A stretch of DNA of 64,000 nucleotides from Candidatus Krumholzibacteriota bacterium (GCA_963727455.1 CAVSGG010000005.1:32001-96000), one strand, 5' to 3'. Positions 1-10,032 are shown, counted from the first letter of the stretch. Made by a program: numbers and translations. Notes: generated by a model not told the origin, from the letters alone.

Positions 1-201
1 ATTCAGAGCTCATGGTTGTCTGATATCCAACGAGTTGGCCTCACCGCCGGAGCGAGCGCTCCGGAAAATCTGGTGGAAGAAGTGCTGGACCGGCTGCGCG
101 AGCTGGGTGGCATGGTTCGCGAGAAAGAGGTCATCGAGGAGACGGTGACCTTCCCGATCCCCCCGGAATTGGCGCGGCCAGGCCTAAAGGACGCTCGCTG
201 A
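1..201 (+). CDS. ispH: 4-hydroxy-3-methylbut-2-enyl diphosphate reductase, C-terminal part (5' truncated by window)
   Basis: Frame open from base 1; VGLTAGASAPENLVEEV is the conserved C-terminal IspH/LytB motif, followed by the typical E.V.F..P.EL tail. Confidence 0.9.
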   Translation: MQSSWLSDIQRVGLTAGASAPENLVEEVLDRLRELGGMVREKEVIEETVTFPIPPELARPGLKDAR

Positions 202-339
202 TCCACCATTCGCTCAGTTACTGTCTTCCGCAGAAATTCTCTCTTGCAGTCGAAATTCTCCGCTCAAAGCTGGAACCAGCCGGAGCCGAGCGCGTATAGA
301 ACCCCTCGTGGAAGGCGCTCTCGCCAGCGCTCTGCTCGG

Positions 340-368
340 TGGACGCTTCGCGGACCATCTCCTATACT
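340..368 (+). promoter_or_regulatory. Putative sigma70-type promoter for the GldAFG-like operon
   Basis: TGGACG-17 nt-TATACT in the intergenic region upstream of 486. Confidence 0.5.
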
Positions 369-485
369 GCCCGATCGGACACGGGAGAAGCTGCGCCCTT
401 GCGGGACCGTGGACCTTCCCAACGCCGCACACGCGACACGACATTCATATCAGCATTGGTGCGATCATCTGGAGGTACCTAGACG

Positions 486-1451
486 ATGATCCAGGTAAAG
501 GACGTGACCAAGGTCTATGGCCCCACCATGGCTTTGGACCATGTCTCGTTCGAGGTAGGAAAGCGACAGATTTTGGGCTTCCTCGGGCCCAATGGTGCAG
601 GCAAGAGCACCGCCATGAAGATCATCACGAGCTACATCGCCCCCACCGAAGGAACGGTCACGGTGGGCGGCATCGACGTGGCGAAGGATCCGATCTCCGT
701 TCGACGGCTGATCGGCTATCTCCCGGAGACGACACCTCTCTATGAAGGCATGCAGGTGGATCGATACCTGCGCTTCTGTGCCCAGGCCCGTGGGCTTGCC
801 GCCGCGCGACTGAATTCCCGGATCGACTGGGTGGTCCAGCAGTGTGGTCTGGAGGAGGTGTTCAAGAAGGACATCAACCAGCTCTCCAAGGGCTTCAAAC
901 AACGCACCGGACTCGCGCAGGCGCTCATTCACGATCCGGAAATCCTGATTTTGGATGAGCCGACCACCGGGCTCGACCCGCTCCAGATCATTCAGATCCG
1001 CAAGCTCATCCAGGAGTTGGCCCACGAGAAGACGGTGATCTTCTCCACCCACATTTTGCAGGAAGTCTCTTCGACGACGGACCGGGTCATCATCATCAAC
1101 AACGGCCGCATCATCGCCGACGGCTACTTGAACGAGCTGCAGTCGAATGCGAGAGGTGGAGCTCAGCTGCGTGTCGCACTGGTGGCAGGAAGAGAAGAGG
1201 TCGAGAGCGGTCTCTCAGCTCTTCAATCGGTGGCACAGGTCAACGTGGTTTCTGAAGCGGAGGGAGTGGTCACCACGCGAGTGAACGGCGCCGATGGAGT
1301 GAATCTCAGGCGCGAGGTCGGGCAACTGGCCGCCGCCAAGAGCTGGCCGGTCATGGAGATGGGTGTTCCCGAAGTCAGTCTGGAGGACGCCTTCATCGAG
1401 TATATACGACGCAGTAACGAGCAACACGGCAGGGAGGCGCGACATGTCTAA
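486..1451 (+). CDS. ABC transporter ATP-binding protein (GldA-like)
   Basis: Walker A GPNGAGKST, signature LSKGFKQR, Walker B ILILDEPT; GGAGG RBS. Confidence 0.9.
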   Translation: MIQVKDVTKVYGPTMALDHVSFEVGKRQILGFLGPNGAGKSTAMKIITSYIAPTEGTVTVGGIDVAKDPISVRRLIGYLPETTPLYEGMQVDRYLRFCAQARGLAAARLNSRIDWVVQQCGLEEVFKKDINQLSKGFKQRTGLAQALIHDPEILILDEPTTGLDPLQIIQIRKLIQELAHEKTVIFSTHILQEVSSTTDRVIIINNGRIIADGYLNELQSNARGGAQLRVALVAGREEVESGLSALQSVAQVNVVSEAEGVVTTRVNGADGVNLRREVGQLAAAKSWPVMEMGVPEVSLEDAFIEYIRRSNEQHGREARHV

Positions 1452-2169
1452 CGTCGGCGTGATCTTTCGCCGGGAGTTTCGCGGGTATTTCGATTCCACC
1501 ATCGCGTACATCTTCGTCATCGTGTACTTGCTGTTGAACGCGGGCTTTTTCATGAGCGGGTTCTTTCTCTCCGGTGAGGCGAGCCTGCGTGCGTTCTTCG
1601 AGAACCTACCCCTCTTCAACATCTTCTTTTTGCCCGCGATCACCATGGGTCTGTGGGCCAACGAACAACAAGCCGGCACTTTCGAACTCTTGATGACGCT
1701 TCCCATGAAGTCGTGGCAAGTGGTGACTGGCAAATATCTGGCCTCTCTCGCGTTCTACACCGTCGCGCTCGTGTGCACCTTCACGCTTCCTTTGATGGTG
1801 ACGAGCCTGGGCAACGCCGATCCCGGCGCGATCTTCACCGGTTACGTGGGAGCCTTCCTGCTCGGCGCATTCTATTTGGCCCTGGGCATTTTCATAAGTG
1901 GTCTCTTCAAGGAGCAGATTGCCGCGTTCATCGTCACGTGTCTCGTCTGTCTGTTCTTCCTGCTTCTGGGGAACGACTTCGTGGTGGCGGGAATCGACGG
2001 CTGGATCGCCGGCTTCGGTAGCTTCCTCAGAGACCATGTCGCATTCTCCAGTCACTGGAATACGCTCCAGCGCGGCGTCATCGATTTCAGCTCGATTCTC
2101 TACTTCATCACGATGCCCGCCCTCTTCTTGGGGTTGAATGCCATCTCACTGGAGAGGAGGCGGTACTGA
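1444..2169 (+). CDS. ABC-2 type permease (GldF-like)
   Basis: Start re-called to ATG 1444 (GGGAGG RBS); IFRREFRGYF.S.IAY start, PAITM.LW..E...GT.ELL.TLP motif, six hydrophobic segments. Confidence 0.85.
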   Translation: MSNVGVIFRREFRGYFDSTIAYIFVIVYLLLNAGFFMSGFFLSGEASLRAFFENLPLFNIFFLPAITMGLWANEQQAGTFELLMTLPMKSWQVVTGKYLASLAFYTVALVCTFTLPLMVTSLGNADPGAIFTGYVGAFLLGAFYLALGIFISGLFKEQIAAFIVTCLVCLFFLLLGNDFVVAGIDGWIAGFGSFLRDHVAFSSHWNTLQRGVIDFSSILYFITMPALFLGLNAISLERRRY

Positions 2170-3893
2170 TGGCGACACGTAAGACCAGCTTCACCGTCAC
2201 CTTCACGATCGCGGCGGTTGTGCTCTTTGCCATCGTGGTGTTCTTCAATGCCATCGTGGGGAGCCATAGCAAGGCGCGGATCGATCTCACGCAGGACAAG
2301 ATCTATACCATGAGCCCCGCCGCGAAGCGGATCATGTCGAAGCTCAAAGTGCCGGTTCACGTGAAGCTCTACATCACGCAGGCTTCGGACATGCCGACCG
2401 GTCTGAAAAGCCTCGAGCGCGACATCACGGACAAGTTGGAGGAGTACAAGGCCGCCTCCGGAGGCAAGCTCACCTACTCCGTTTCCGATCCGTCCCAGAA
2501 CGAGGACCTTGCGCAGAAGATCCAGGCCAAGGGAATCCGGCCGTTTCAGGTGCAGAGCATCGAACGGGACGAGATCGGGCTGAAGTTGGTGTATTCGGCC
2601 ATCGAGATGAGCTACAAGGACAAGGACCCGGAGATCATTCCCCAGGTCGCGCCCAAGACGCTCGATATCCTGGAATACGAAATCTGCCGCCGCATCATCA
2701 AGCTGACGCGCGACAAGGCACCGGTTCTGGCCATCTATTCGAGCAAGGAGAGCTTGGACCCCCAGATGGTGCAGCTCTACATGCAGATGGGGCAGCAGCC
2801 GCCCGCCCCGCGTGACCTGTATTCGAAGATGCCGCAGATTTTCCAGGGGCAGGGTTACGAAGCGCGCAAAGTCGATATCAGCCAGGAGTCGCCCATTCCC
2901 GATGATACGACCACCCTTCTCATCCTCTCGCCCAAGAACCTCAGTGATCGTCAGCGCTACGAGATTGCGAAGTTCTTGCATCGTGGCGGACAGGTTTTCT
3001 GCGCGGTCCAGAACCACGAGTACGATTACAACCCGGGCCGGAGGGGCGGATTCGACATCTCGGCTCGACCCGTCACTACCGGATTGGATCCGCTGCTTCA
3101 GGACTTCGGAGTTCGCGTGTCCAAGGGCGTGTTCATGGACGAGAACCTGGAAACGCTCTCGATCCCGCGTACGCAGAACCTGGGGGGGATGCGGGTTCAG
3201 GTTGCCGAACCGGTTCAGGCCCCCATTCAGATCCGAGTGAGTGGTGATCAATTCAACCAGGATCTTTCGGTTTCCAGCCGTTTGGGCAAGCTCCTCTATC
3301 TGTGGGGCGCCCGCTTGGTTGTGGATGACTCCAAGTTGAATTCGTTGAAATTGAGCCACGACACGCTCTTCACCTCCTCGGACAAGGCCTGGGAGGTGGA
3401 CAACGACGGTGGGCCGCTCACTCAACGCGACTTCACCTTCGATCCGGCAAACGCGCATCCGCGCGCTCCTCTGGCCGTCATGGTCCACGGAGAGTTCCCT
3501 AACCCCTACGAGGGCCAGCCGATCCCCAGCTGGGGCCCCAGCGACTCCACCACCACGGGCAATGCGGTGAGCGAGAAGGGAAAGCCGGGGACGCTGATCC
3601 TGGTAGGCTGCGGCAAGATGTTCGAGGACAGCTATCTGCAGGCGGGTGACTACAACAACGGACTCCTCATTCTGAACGGAATCGACGTCCTGACTCTGGG
3701 TGAGGACCTCATCCAGGTGAGGGCGAAGACGAACGAGCAGAGGCTCATCGGTGAAGTTTCCCAGCAGGGAAAGCTGTTCTGGAGAACCTTTACCACGGCA
3801 CTGATTCCGCTCCTCGTCGCTCTCTACGGTATTGCGCGAACGGTGCGGCGGCGCCGGGCGCAAGCGGCATGGCTCCACACGCATACGAGCTGA
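2169..3893 (+). CDS. GldG-like ABC transporter auxiliary component
   Basis: N-terminal TM, RIDLTQDKIYTMS motif typical of the GldG family, C-terminal TM plus basic tail; coupled to the permease. Confidence 0.85.
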   Translation: MATRKTSFTVTFTIAAVVLFAIVVFFNAIVGSHSKARIDLTQDKIYTMSPAAKRIMSKLKVPVHVKLYITQASDMPTGLKSLERDITDKLEEYKAASGGKLTYSVSDPSQNEDLAQKIQAKGIRPFQVQSIERDEIGLKLVYSAIEMSYKDKDPEIIPQVAPKTLDILEYEICRRIIKLTRDKAPVLAIYSSKESLDPQMVQLYMQMGQQPPAPRDLYSKMPQIFQGQGYEARKVDISQESPIPDDTTTLLILSPKNLSDRQRYEIAKFLHRGGQVFCAVQNHEYDYNPGRRGGFDISARPVTTGLDPLLQDFGVRVSKGVFMDENLETLSIPRTQNLGGMRVQVAEPVQAPIQIRVSGDQFNQDLSVSSRLGKLLYLWGARLVVDDSKLNSLKLSHDTLFTSSDKAWEVDNDGGPLTQRDFTFDPANAHPRAPLAVMVHGEFPNPYEGQPIPSWGPSDSTTTGNAVSEKGKPGTLILVGCGKMFEDSYLQAGDYNNGLLILNGIDVLTLGEDLIQVRAKTNEQRLIGEVSQQGKLFWRTFTTALIPLLVALYGIARTVRRRRAQAAWLHTHTS

Positions 3894-3914
3894 GCAGGGA
3901 GGATATCGACCGAC

Positions 3915-4928
3915 ATGAACAATCGGACACTAGGTGTTCTACTGGTAATTCTCATTCTGTTCGCGGGCGGATATTGGTACAGCAAGAGCCAGCGCCGGGA
4001 TTTGGATCAGACCGGCGGCTACGTGGATTTGGTGCAAGGGCCTCTGTCCACCGACTCCGTGTACGGGCTCGCGGTTTATCGCGGCTCGGATCCGGACAAG
4101 GGATTCACCCTGGTTCGCCGCGGCAACGATTGGATCATGAACTCCCACTATGATGCCAAGGCCAACGTCAATCGCCTGCGTACGCTTCTGACCAATCTGG
4201 AGAATCTCGACGGCGAGCCGCGCTCCAACGACCCCTCCGTGCTCGCCGACTACGATCTCGACGACTCCAACGCCGTGCATCTGGTGCTCAAGGACGAGAG
4301 TGGGGGCGAGATTCTGCATCTTCTCTTGGGTAAGGCAGCTACCGGAGGCGCGTTCGTGCGCAAAAACGGCAGTAACCAGGTCCTACTGGCCAGCCGCAAT
4401 CTACTGAGTGATTTCGGCATTTGGGGCGAGGACAACCGGGATCCGGTACCGACCACCTGGCTCGACCTGGACGTCTACAAGCCGGATCGGGATAGCGTTA
4501 CTTCCATCAGCCTCAAGAAGGGGAAGTCCCTGATTTCCCTGAAGAAGGTGTACCAGGAACCGGCGAAAGGCGACACCGCTAAGGTGAAGAAGCCGCTCCC
4601 CTACGAGTGGGAAGTCACCCAGCCGAAGCACTTCACTGCCCTCAAGACGCGGGCGGACGGTGTTCTCACCACACTGTCCAACATGCGCGCGCGCGACGTG
4701 GCGCCCAAACCGGACACGCCCGCGGAGTATGGTCTTTCGGACGATGCGGATTGGGCCGAGGTGACGGTGAACGACAGCGCCACCACGCGGCTTCTCTTTG
4801 GCAAAGAAGGTCCCGATGGACAGTTCTATATGAAGCTGAAGGGTGACGACCGCTATTGGTTGGTTTCTGACTACGTGCGTGGGAACGTGTTCAAGAGCCT
4901 CAAGGAATTCGAGCCCGACAAAAACTGA
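3915..4928 (+). CDS. DUF4340 domain-containing membrane-anchored protein
   Basis: N-terminal TM; two internal units with W...A....L..L..L and (D/E)Y(D/G)L motifs; usual fourth gene of GldAFG-like operons. Confidence 0.7.
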   Translation: MNNRTLGVLLVILILFAGGYWYSKSQRRDLDQTGGYVDLVQGPLSTDSVYGLAVYRGSDPDKGFTLVRRGNDWIMNSHYDAKANVNRLRTLLTNLENLDGEPRSNDPSVLADYDLDDSNAVHLVLKDESGGEILHLLLGKAATGGAFVRKNGSNQVLLASRNLLSDFGIWGEDNRDPVPTTWLDLDVYKPDRDSVTSISLKKGKSLISLKKVYQEPAKGDTAKVKKPLPYEWEVTQPKHFTALKTRADGVLTTLSNMRARDVAPKPDTPAEYGLSDDADWAEVTVNDSATTRLLFGKEGPDGQFYMKLKGDDRYWLVSDYVRGNVFKSLKEFEPDKN

Positions 4929-4935
4929 GATTGCC

Positions 4936-5742
4936 TCAAAGCGCTCCTTCAGGGCGCGCAATGAGATGCCACTCCGCGCCGTCTTCATCCAAGAGGACGG
5001 CGCCTTGCTGAAGGCTCTTGTCCACCACGGCCAGCGCGATCCTGAGCGGTGGGTCTACCTGAAGGGCCGTTCGCACCAGTTGACCGCGAACCCGCTGTTC
5101 CTCGCGCAGCTCTCCCTGAAAACGCGCAGCGGGTTCAGCACTGAGCACGGCGGGAGTACGCCGGACCTTGTCGTAGTTCTTCAGCCGCGCCACGACCTCC
5201 TGTCCGACGTAGCAGCCCTTGTCCCAGGCCACCACCCGTTCCAGGCCGACTTCCAAGGGGTGAAAGCGCTCGTCGAGGTCGATGCCGGGCCGGAAGCGGC
5301 CATGCCGAATGGCCTCCAGCTCCGACTGCTCTTCCTGTCGGGCACCGAGGGCGGCCTCGAGGAACTCGTGGACGAGGTCGCCCCCCCTAAAGAGGGGCGG
5401 AGATAGGGCGTCTTGGCCCGCTGCGAGTTCGACATCCTCGGTGATGATGAAGGACTCGATCCACTTCCGCAGCAGCTCCCCATGACCTTCGCCGGCCAGA
5501 AGCAGTACCTCGTTCTCGTGCTCGCTGGCCCGCGCGAGATCGACGATGCGTCCCTTGGCATTGGTGAAGAGGGCCCAGAAGACCTCGCCTTCGCTGCGAT
5601 TGCGGAACTCGGAGGCGGAAATACGCTGCAGCAGATCGACGGAATCGACCCCTCGTAGACGTAGAAGACGTTCCGGTCCCAAATCCTTCAGAGCCTGGAA
5701 TCGGTCGCTGCGGTCGGAGGAAGACGAGACGGGCTGTTTCAT
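4936..5742 (-). CDS. ygfZ: YgfZ/Iba57 family folate-binding Fe-S maturation protein
   Basis: Signature KGCYVGQEVVAR; GcvT-like N-terminus (LRGVDSVDLLQR, NAKGRIV). Confidence 0.85.
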   Translation of the reverse strand: MKQPVSSSSDRSDRFQALKDLGPERLLRLRGVDSVDLLQRISASEFRNRSEGEVFWALFTNAKGRIVDLARASEHENEVLLLAGEGHGELLRKWIESFIITEDVELAAGQDALSPPLFRGGDLVHEFLEAALGARQEEQSELEAIRHGRFRPGIDLDERFHPLEVGLERVVAWDKGCYVGQEVVARLKNYDKVRRTPAVLSAEPAARFQGELREEQRVRGQLVRTALQVDPPLRIALAVVDKSLQQGAVLLDEDGAEWHLIARPEGAL

Positions 5743-5905
5743 GAGCTACATCATTAGAACGGTGCCCCGCCTTCTGCCAGCTTTGAAGCCGAGGATGCGC
5801 GAAGGTACAGCCCAAAAAGTCACTCGAGCATGCGAGGCGATCGCCTTGCCGCGGGGGGAGACCACCGTATCTTGATGCACAGCACTCGGATCCAAGGAAC
5901 TGCTC

Positions 5906-7069
5906 ATGGCGCGCACCTATCTCGATCATCATGCGACCACTCCGGTCGATCCAAGGGTCGTCAAGGCCATGGCTCCCTATTGGGAAGGTGCCTACGGCAA
6001 CTCCGCGAGCGCTCACATCTTCGGCTGGGAAGCAGCGGAGGCCATCGAGAAGGCCCGTACGCAGGTCGCCGAACTCGTTCGTTGTAAACCGGGTGAGATC
6101 ATCTTTACCAGTGGCGCGACCGAGGCGGACAATCTCGCGATCCTGGGAAGTGCTCCACGGATGGCTCAGCGAGGGCACCACCTCGTGACCAGCGCCATCG
6201 AACATCCCGCGGTCCTGGATGCGTTTCGCCAGCTCGAGAAGCGTGGCGCCGAACTGACCGTCCTTCCGGTCGACTCTGATGGCCGGGTGAGTGCAGGCGA
6301 GTTAAAGGCTGCCCTACGGGACGATACCGTCCTGTGCAGCGTGATGTGGGCAAACAACGAGATCGGAACCATCCAGCCCATCGAGGAAATCTCCGCCATT
6401 TGCAAGGAGCGCGGTGTCGTGCTCCACAGCGATGCAGTGCAAGCCGTGGGACGCATCCCGGTGGACGCCGACATCGTCGACATGCTTTCCTTGACGGCTC
6501 ACAAAATCTACGGACCCAAAGGCATCGGTGCGTTGGTGGTTCGCCGCCGTAAGCCACGTATTCATCTTCAGCCACTATTCTATGGTGGTGGCCACCAGGA
6601 TGGCTTGCGCCCCGGTACTCTACCTGTACCCCTGATCGTGGGTCTTGGCGAAGCGTGCGCTCTGGCCAAGGCGGAGGCGGTGGCAAGAAGGAATCATGTG
6701 GAAGTCCTGCGGGATCATCTTTTGCAGCGCCTGCGCCAAGAAATCGAGGACCTCGGCGTCAACGGGAGTCTTCGGGATCGATTGCCCGGAAACCTGAACG
6801 TCTGTATCCATGGAGTGGAGGCCGAAGCGTTGCTGCTGGAATTGCGCGAAGTGGCGGCAAGCACCGGTTCCGCCTGTTCCTCGGCGGAGCATAGCCCCAG
6901 CTCCGTCTTGCTGGCATTGGGTTTGAGCCCCGATGAAGCCCATGCCAGCGTTCGATTCGGCATCGGGAAGGACAACACGATCGAAGAAATCGATACCGTG
7001 TGTGACGCACTCGTGAAGAAAGTAGAAGCGCTCCGTTCATTCTCGCGCCACGACAGTCGAGGTGGATGA
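5906..7069 (+). CDS. iscS: Cysteine desulfurase (IscS/NifS group I)
   Basis: YLDHHATTP, FTSGATE, PLP lysine in TAHKIYGPKG, catalytic STGSACSS. Confidence 0.93.
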   Translation: MARTYLDHHATTPVDPRVVKAMAPYWEGAYGNSASAHIFGWEAAEAIEKARTQVAELVRCKPGEIIFTSGATEADNLAILGSAPRMAQRGHHLVTSAIEHPAVLDAFRQLEKRGAELTVLPVDSDGRVSAGELKAALRDDTVLCSVMWANNEIGTIQPIEEISAICKERGVVLHSDAVQAVGRIPVDADIVDMLSLTAHKIYGPKGIGALVVRRRKPRIHLQPLFYGGGHQDGLRPGTLPVPLIVGLGEACALAKAEAVARRNHVEVLRDHLLQRLRQEIEDLGVNGSLRDRLPGNLNVCIHGVEAEALLLELREVAASTGSACSSAEHSPSSVLLALGLSPDEAHASVRFGIGKDNTIEEIDTVCDALVKKVEALRSFSRHDSRGG

Positions 7070-7095
7070 GAGAGAATCCGGTGGAGGAGAATTTC

Positions 7096-7431
7096 ATGGT
7101 TCACATCACAGATAATGCCGCCAAGGCCATCCTTTCCAACCTAGCCGAGGAGAAGCGCGATCCGGCCACCAATTACCTGCGCGTTGCAGTGCAGGGTGGT
7201 GGTTGCTCGGGTCTGAGCTACAAGCTCGCTTGGGAGGATTCTCTGCGTGAAGGAGACGAGGTCTTCACGCACGAAGGGGAAGGCGTCAAGATCGTCGTGG
7301 ACAACAAGAGCCTTCTGTTTCTCCACGGTCTCACGCTTGATTTCTCCAGCGGCCTCAATGGGAAGGGCTTCATCTTCGAGAATCCCAATGCCACGGGGAC
7401 CTGTGGCTGCGGTTCGTCGTTCAAGGTCTGA
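7096..7431 (+). CDS. iscA: A-type Fe-S carrier (IscA/HesB family)
   Basis: GGGCSGLSY and CGCGSSF motifs; ATG 7096 after GGAGGAG RBS. Confidence 0.92.
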   Translation: MVHITDNAAKAILSNLAEEKRDPATNYLRVAVQGGGCSGLSYKLAWEDSLREGDEVFTHEGEGVKIVVDNKSLLFLHGLTLDFSSGLNGKGFIFENPNATGTCGCGSSFKV

Positions 7432-7570
7432 TCTTCTCGTCGGGGGCGCATTCCCGCAGAGCAAATGCTTGCCAGCGCATCATCGAGATGAAACAATATT
7501 GCGTCAATTTTCAGGTGACGAGAATTCGAGCTTCTAGGGGAGTCGGGGGACCGGCTCGGAGAGGGATCCC

Positions 7571-9079
7571 ATGCGTTTCACGGTGAAAAAGGGAGGTCTG
7601 GAAGAGTTCCAGGCCGAGGTCTTGATCGTTGGCGTGCATTCGGGCGGAAGACGCCTACGCGGAGCGGTGGCCGATCTCGATCGGCGGACGAGTGGCGCTT
7701 TGAGCAAGGCGATGGAGGTGAGTGGATTCACCGGGGAACTCAAGCAAGTCGCATTCGCGCCAGCGCCGCGAACCAGCGCCAAGAAGGTATTGCTCGTCGG
7801 TCTGGGAGAAATGGCGGACCTGGACGTGGCTGCCTTGAAAGACGCGATGGGAAGCGCGGCCTCTGCCTGTCAAGTCCAGGGGATCAAGTCGGCGGGGGTA
7901 CTCGTCCCCACTTCGCGCTTATTGCACGCCCGTGAAGCAACCGAGGTGAGCTGTCGCGCGCTGGTTCTAGCCAGCTACGATCCCGGCCTTTACAAGACCG
8001 ACGAGAAGGAACGTAAGAAGGCTCCGCTGAATCGGGTTGGCCTGTTCTGCGAGGCCAAGAACTCGCAGCTTGCACTGAGCGAGGGAGCGGCCCGCGGCAA
8101 CGCGACAGCGGAGGGTGTTCTCTTCACCCGCGAGCTGGTAAATCGGCCTTCCAACGAACTCACGCCGCGCATCATGGCCAAACAAGCCCGCATTCTGGCC
8201 CGTTCGCCTCTTGTACGGTGCAAGGTCTTCGGACCCGCCGAATGCGAGCGCAAGGGCATGGGGGGACTCATCGGAGTGGGGCAGGGTAGCGCCGAACCGG
8301 TGCAGTTCATCACCCTCGAATACAAGCCAGGGCGTCTGCCCAAGAATGCCCCCAAGATCGCGCTCGTGGGAAAAGGGATAACCTTCGATTCCGGGGGAAT
8401 CAGTCTCAAGCCCTCCGCGAACATGGACCAGATGAAGTTCGACATGGGAGGCGCCGGGGCGGTGTTGGGCGCTTTCAAGATTCTCTCGCTCCTAAAGCCC
8501 AAGGTGCATGTCTTGGGCTACGTGGCCGCGGCAGAGAACATGCCCGGCGGCAAGGCCATCAAGCCGGGAGACCTGTTGCGAATGATGAACGGTCTCACGG
8601 TGGAAGTGAACAACACCGATGCCGAAGGCCGTCTGGTACTGGCAGATGCCTTGCACTACGCGAAGAAGCAGAAGCCCGATTTCATTGTGGACGCGGCAAC
8701 CCTGACTGGAGCCTGCATGGTGGCGCTGGGAGAATACGCGTGTGGTCTCATGAGCGAGGACGACGACTTGGTTCGTCTCATCGAAGGAGCATCCAGACTC
8801 AGCGGGGAGGCCGTGTGGCGTTTACCCCTGGGAGATCTGCACCGCCAGAAAATGAAAGGTCATGTCGCGGACCTGAAGAACACCGGACCCAGGGACGGTG
8901 GTGCATCGACCGCAGCTGGCTTTTTGAGTTGCTTCGCCAAAGGAGCACGCTGGGCTCACTTGGACATCGCAGGTATGGTCTGGGCCGAGGAGAATCGCCC
9001 AACCGAACCCAAGGGCGCGACCGGATTCGGAGCATGTCTCTTCTATTACATCGCCGAAGCTGCGGCAAAGAAGGCCTAG
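7571..9079 (+). CDS. pepA: Leucyl aminopeptidase (M17)
   Basis: VGKGITFDSGG, MKFDMGG, NTDAEGRL, ATLTGA, HLDIAG motifs. Confidence 0.95.
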   Translation: MRFTVKKGGLEEFQAEVLIVGVHSGGRRLRGAVADLDRRTSGALSKAMEVSGFTGELKQVAFAPAPRTSAKKVLLVGLGEMADLDVAALKDAMGSAASACQVQGIKSAGVLVPTSRLLHAREATEVSCRALVLASYDPGLYKTDEKERKKAPLNRVGLFCEAKNSQLALSEGAARGNATAEGVLFTRELVNRPSNELTPRIMAKQARILARSPLVRCKVFGPAECERKGMGGLIGVGQGSAEPVQFITLEYKPGRLPKNAPKIALVGKGITFDSGGISLKPSANMDQMKFDMGGAGAVLGAFKILSLLKPKVHVLGYVAAAENMPGGKAIKPGDLLRMMNGLTVEVNNTDAEGRLVLADALHYAKKQKPDFIVDAATLTGACMVALGEYACGLMSEDDDLVRLIEGASRLSGEAVWRLPLGDLHRQKMKGHVADLKNTGPRDGGASTAAGFLSCFAKGARWAHLDIAGMVWAEENRPTEPKGATGFGACLFYYIAEAAAKKA

Positions 9080-9105
9080 TGGCTCTCACCCAGGAGGAAG
9101 CTCTC

Positions 9106-9987
9106 ATGCCTGCCTCGCAGCCAAGACGAGGGTCGATGAGGTTCGCCATCCTCCTTTGTCTACTCCTTTCGGCCACGCTGTTCGGCGGATGCTCCAGAAC
9201 CAAGGACCAAGCTCCCGCGCCAGACGGGCAATCCGCCGCGAAAGCGCTCGCCCCTACCGGTCAATCTACGACGGATTCACTCACGCGGACCCAAGCTGCA
9301 GCGAAGCCCCAGGGGCCCACCAGGGAGGCCCTGCGAGAAGTGATGACAGCGCGGGCCAAGGAGGCGGCGCAAAAGAAGGCGCAGAAAGTGCTCGAGCGCG
9401 CGCGCGCTGCCACTCGCGTCACTAAGGCCGCCCTGAGCAAGATCATCGAGGGGCGCGCCATTGGAAGTGGTTCCGAGGGGCGCTTCAGGACCGAGATCAG
9501 TTCGCCCTCGGGTGGAAGATTTTGGTATAGCCGCGCACTCGAGGGAAAGACACCCTTTGAGGCGATCATCACTCCCAAAGGTGCGTGGTCAGTCAGCGAA
9601 GACGGTACGAGAACTCCCCTGACCGGTCGAACTGCCCTGATGATCAAGAGTCACGATTTCCAGCGAATCGCGCTCGATCCCGAGAGCTTTGTACAGGAGA
9701 TTGGCTGGGTGAAAGAAACGAAATTCCGCTCGGTGAAGAGTCAGGAGCTTTTGGGATTCACGCCAGACCGTACGAAGGTCTACTTCTACTTCGACGACAA
9801 GTCCGGATTACCGCTGGGATTCAAAATTGCGGATCCAATGCAAGCCGGCAACTCGGTGACCATCATTTTTCGCGAGTGGAAAGAAGTGGGGGGGGTACGG
9901 ATGCCTTCCGATATCCTCGCGTTGGACTCAGAGAGGAACTTTCATTTCTCCTTCCAAGGACTGACCTTCCAAGACGAAGAGAAGTGA
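9106..9987 (+). CDS. Hypothetical lipoprotein, possibly LolA-like beta fold
   Basis: ATG 9106 after AGGAGG; lipobox LFGGC after a hydrophobic stretch; beta-rich C-terminus (YFYFDDKSGLP...WKEVGGVRMP). Confidence 0.6.
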   Translation: MPASQPRRGSMRFAILLCLLLSATLFGGCSRTKDQAPAPDGQSAAKALAPTGQSTTDSLTRTQAAAKPQGPTREALREVMTARAKEAAQKKAQKVLERARAATRVTKAALSKIIEGRAIGSGSEGRFRTEISSPSGGRFWYSRALEGKTPFEAIITPKGAWSVSEDGTRTPLTGRTALMIKSHDFQRIALDPESFVQEIGWVKETKFRSVKSQELLGFTPDRTKVYFYFDDKSGLPLGFKIADPMQAGNSVTIIFREWKEVGGVRMPSDILALDSERNFHFSFQGLTFQDEEK

Positions 9988-10032
9988 GTGAGCCGTGAAT
10001 CGAGATTGCCGAGCCTCCCTCGGTGTCTCCAT

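Noticed and set aside
308-745. 145-aa plus-strand ORF
   Set aside because: Spans a putative promoter and overlaps the ABC ATPase out of frame; no family features.
2100-3884. 594-aa minus-strand ORF
   Set aside because: Antisense shadow of the GldG-like gene; long shadow ORFs are expected in GC-rich DNA and it has no recognisable motifs.
8740-9105. N-terminal extension of the 415-aa ORF
   Set aside because: Overlaps pepA; the RBS and lipoprotein signal support a start at 9106.
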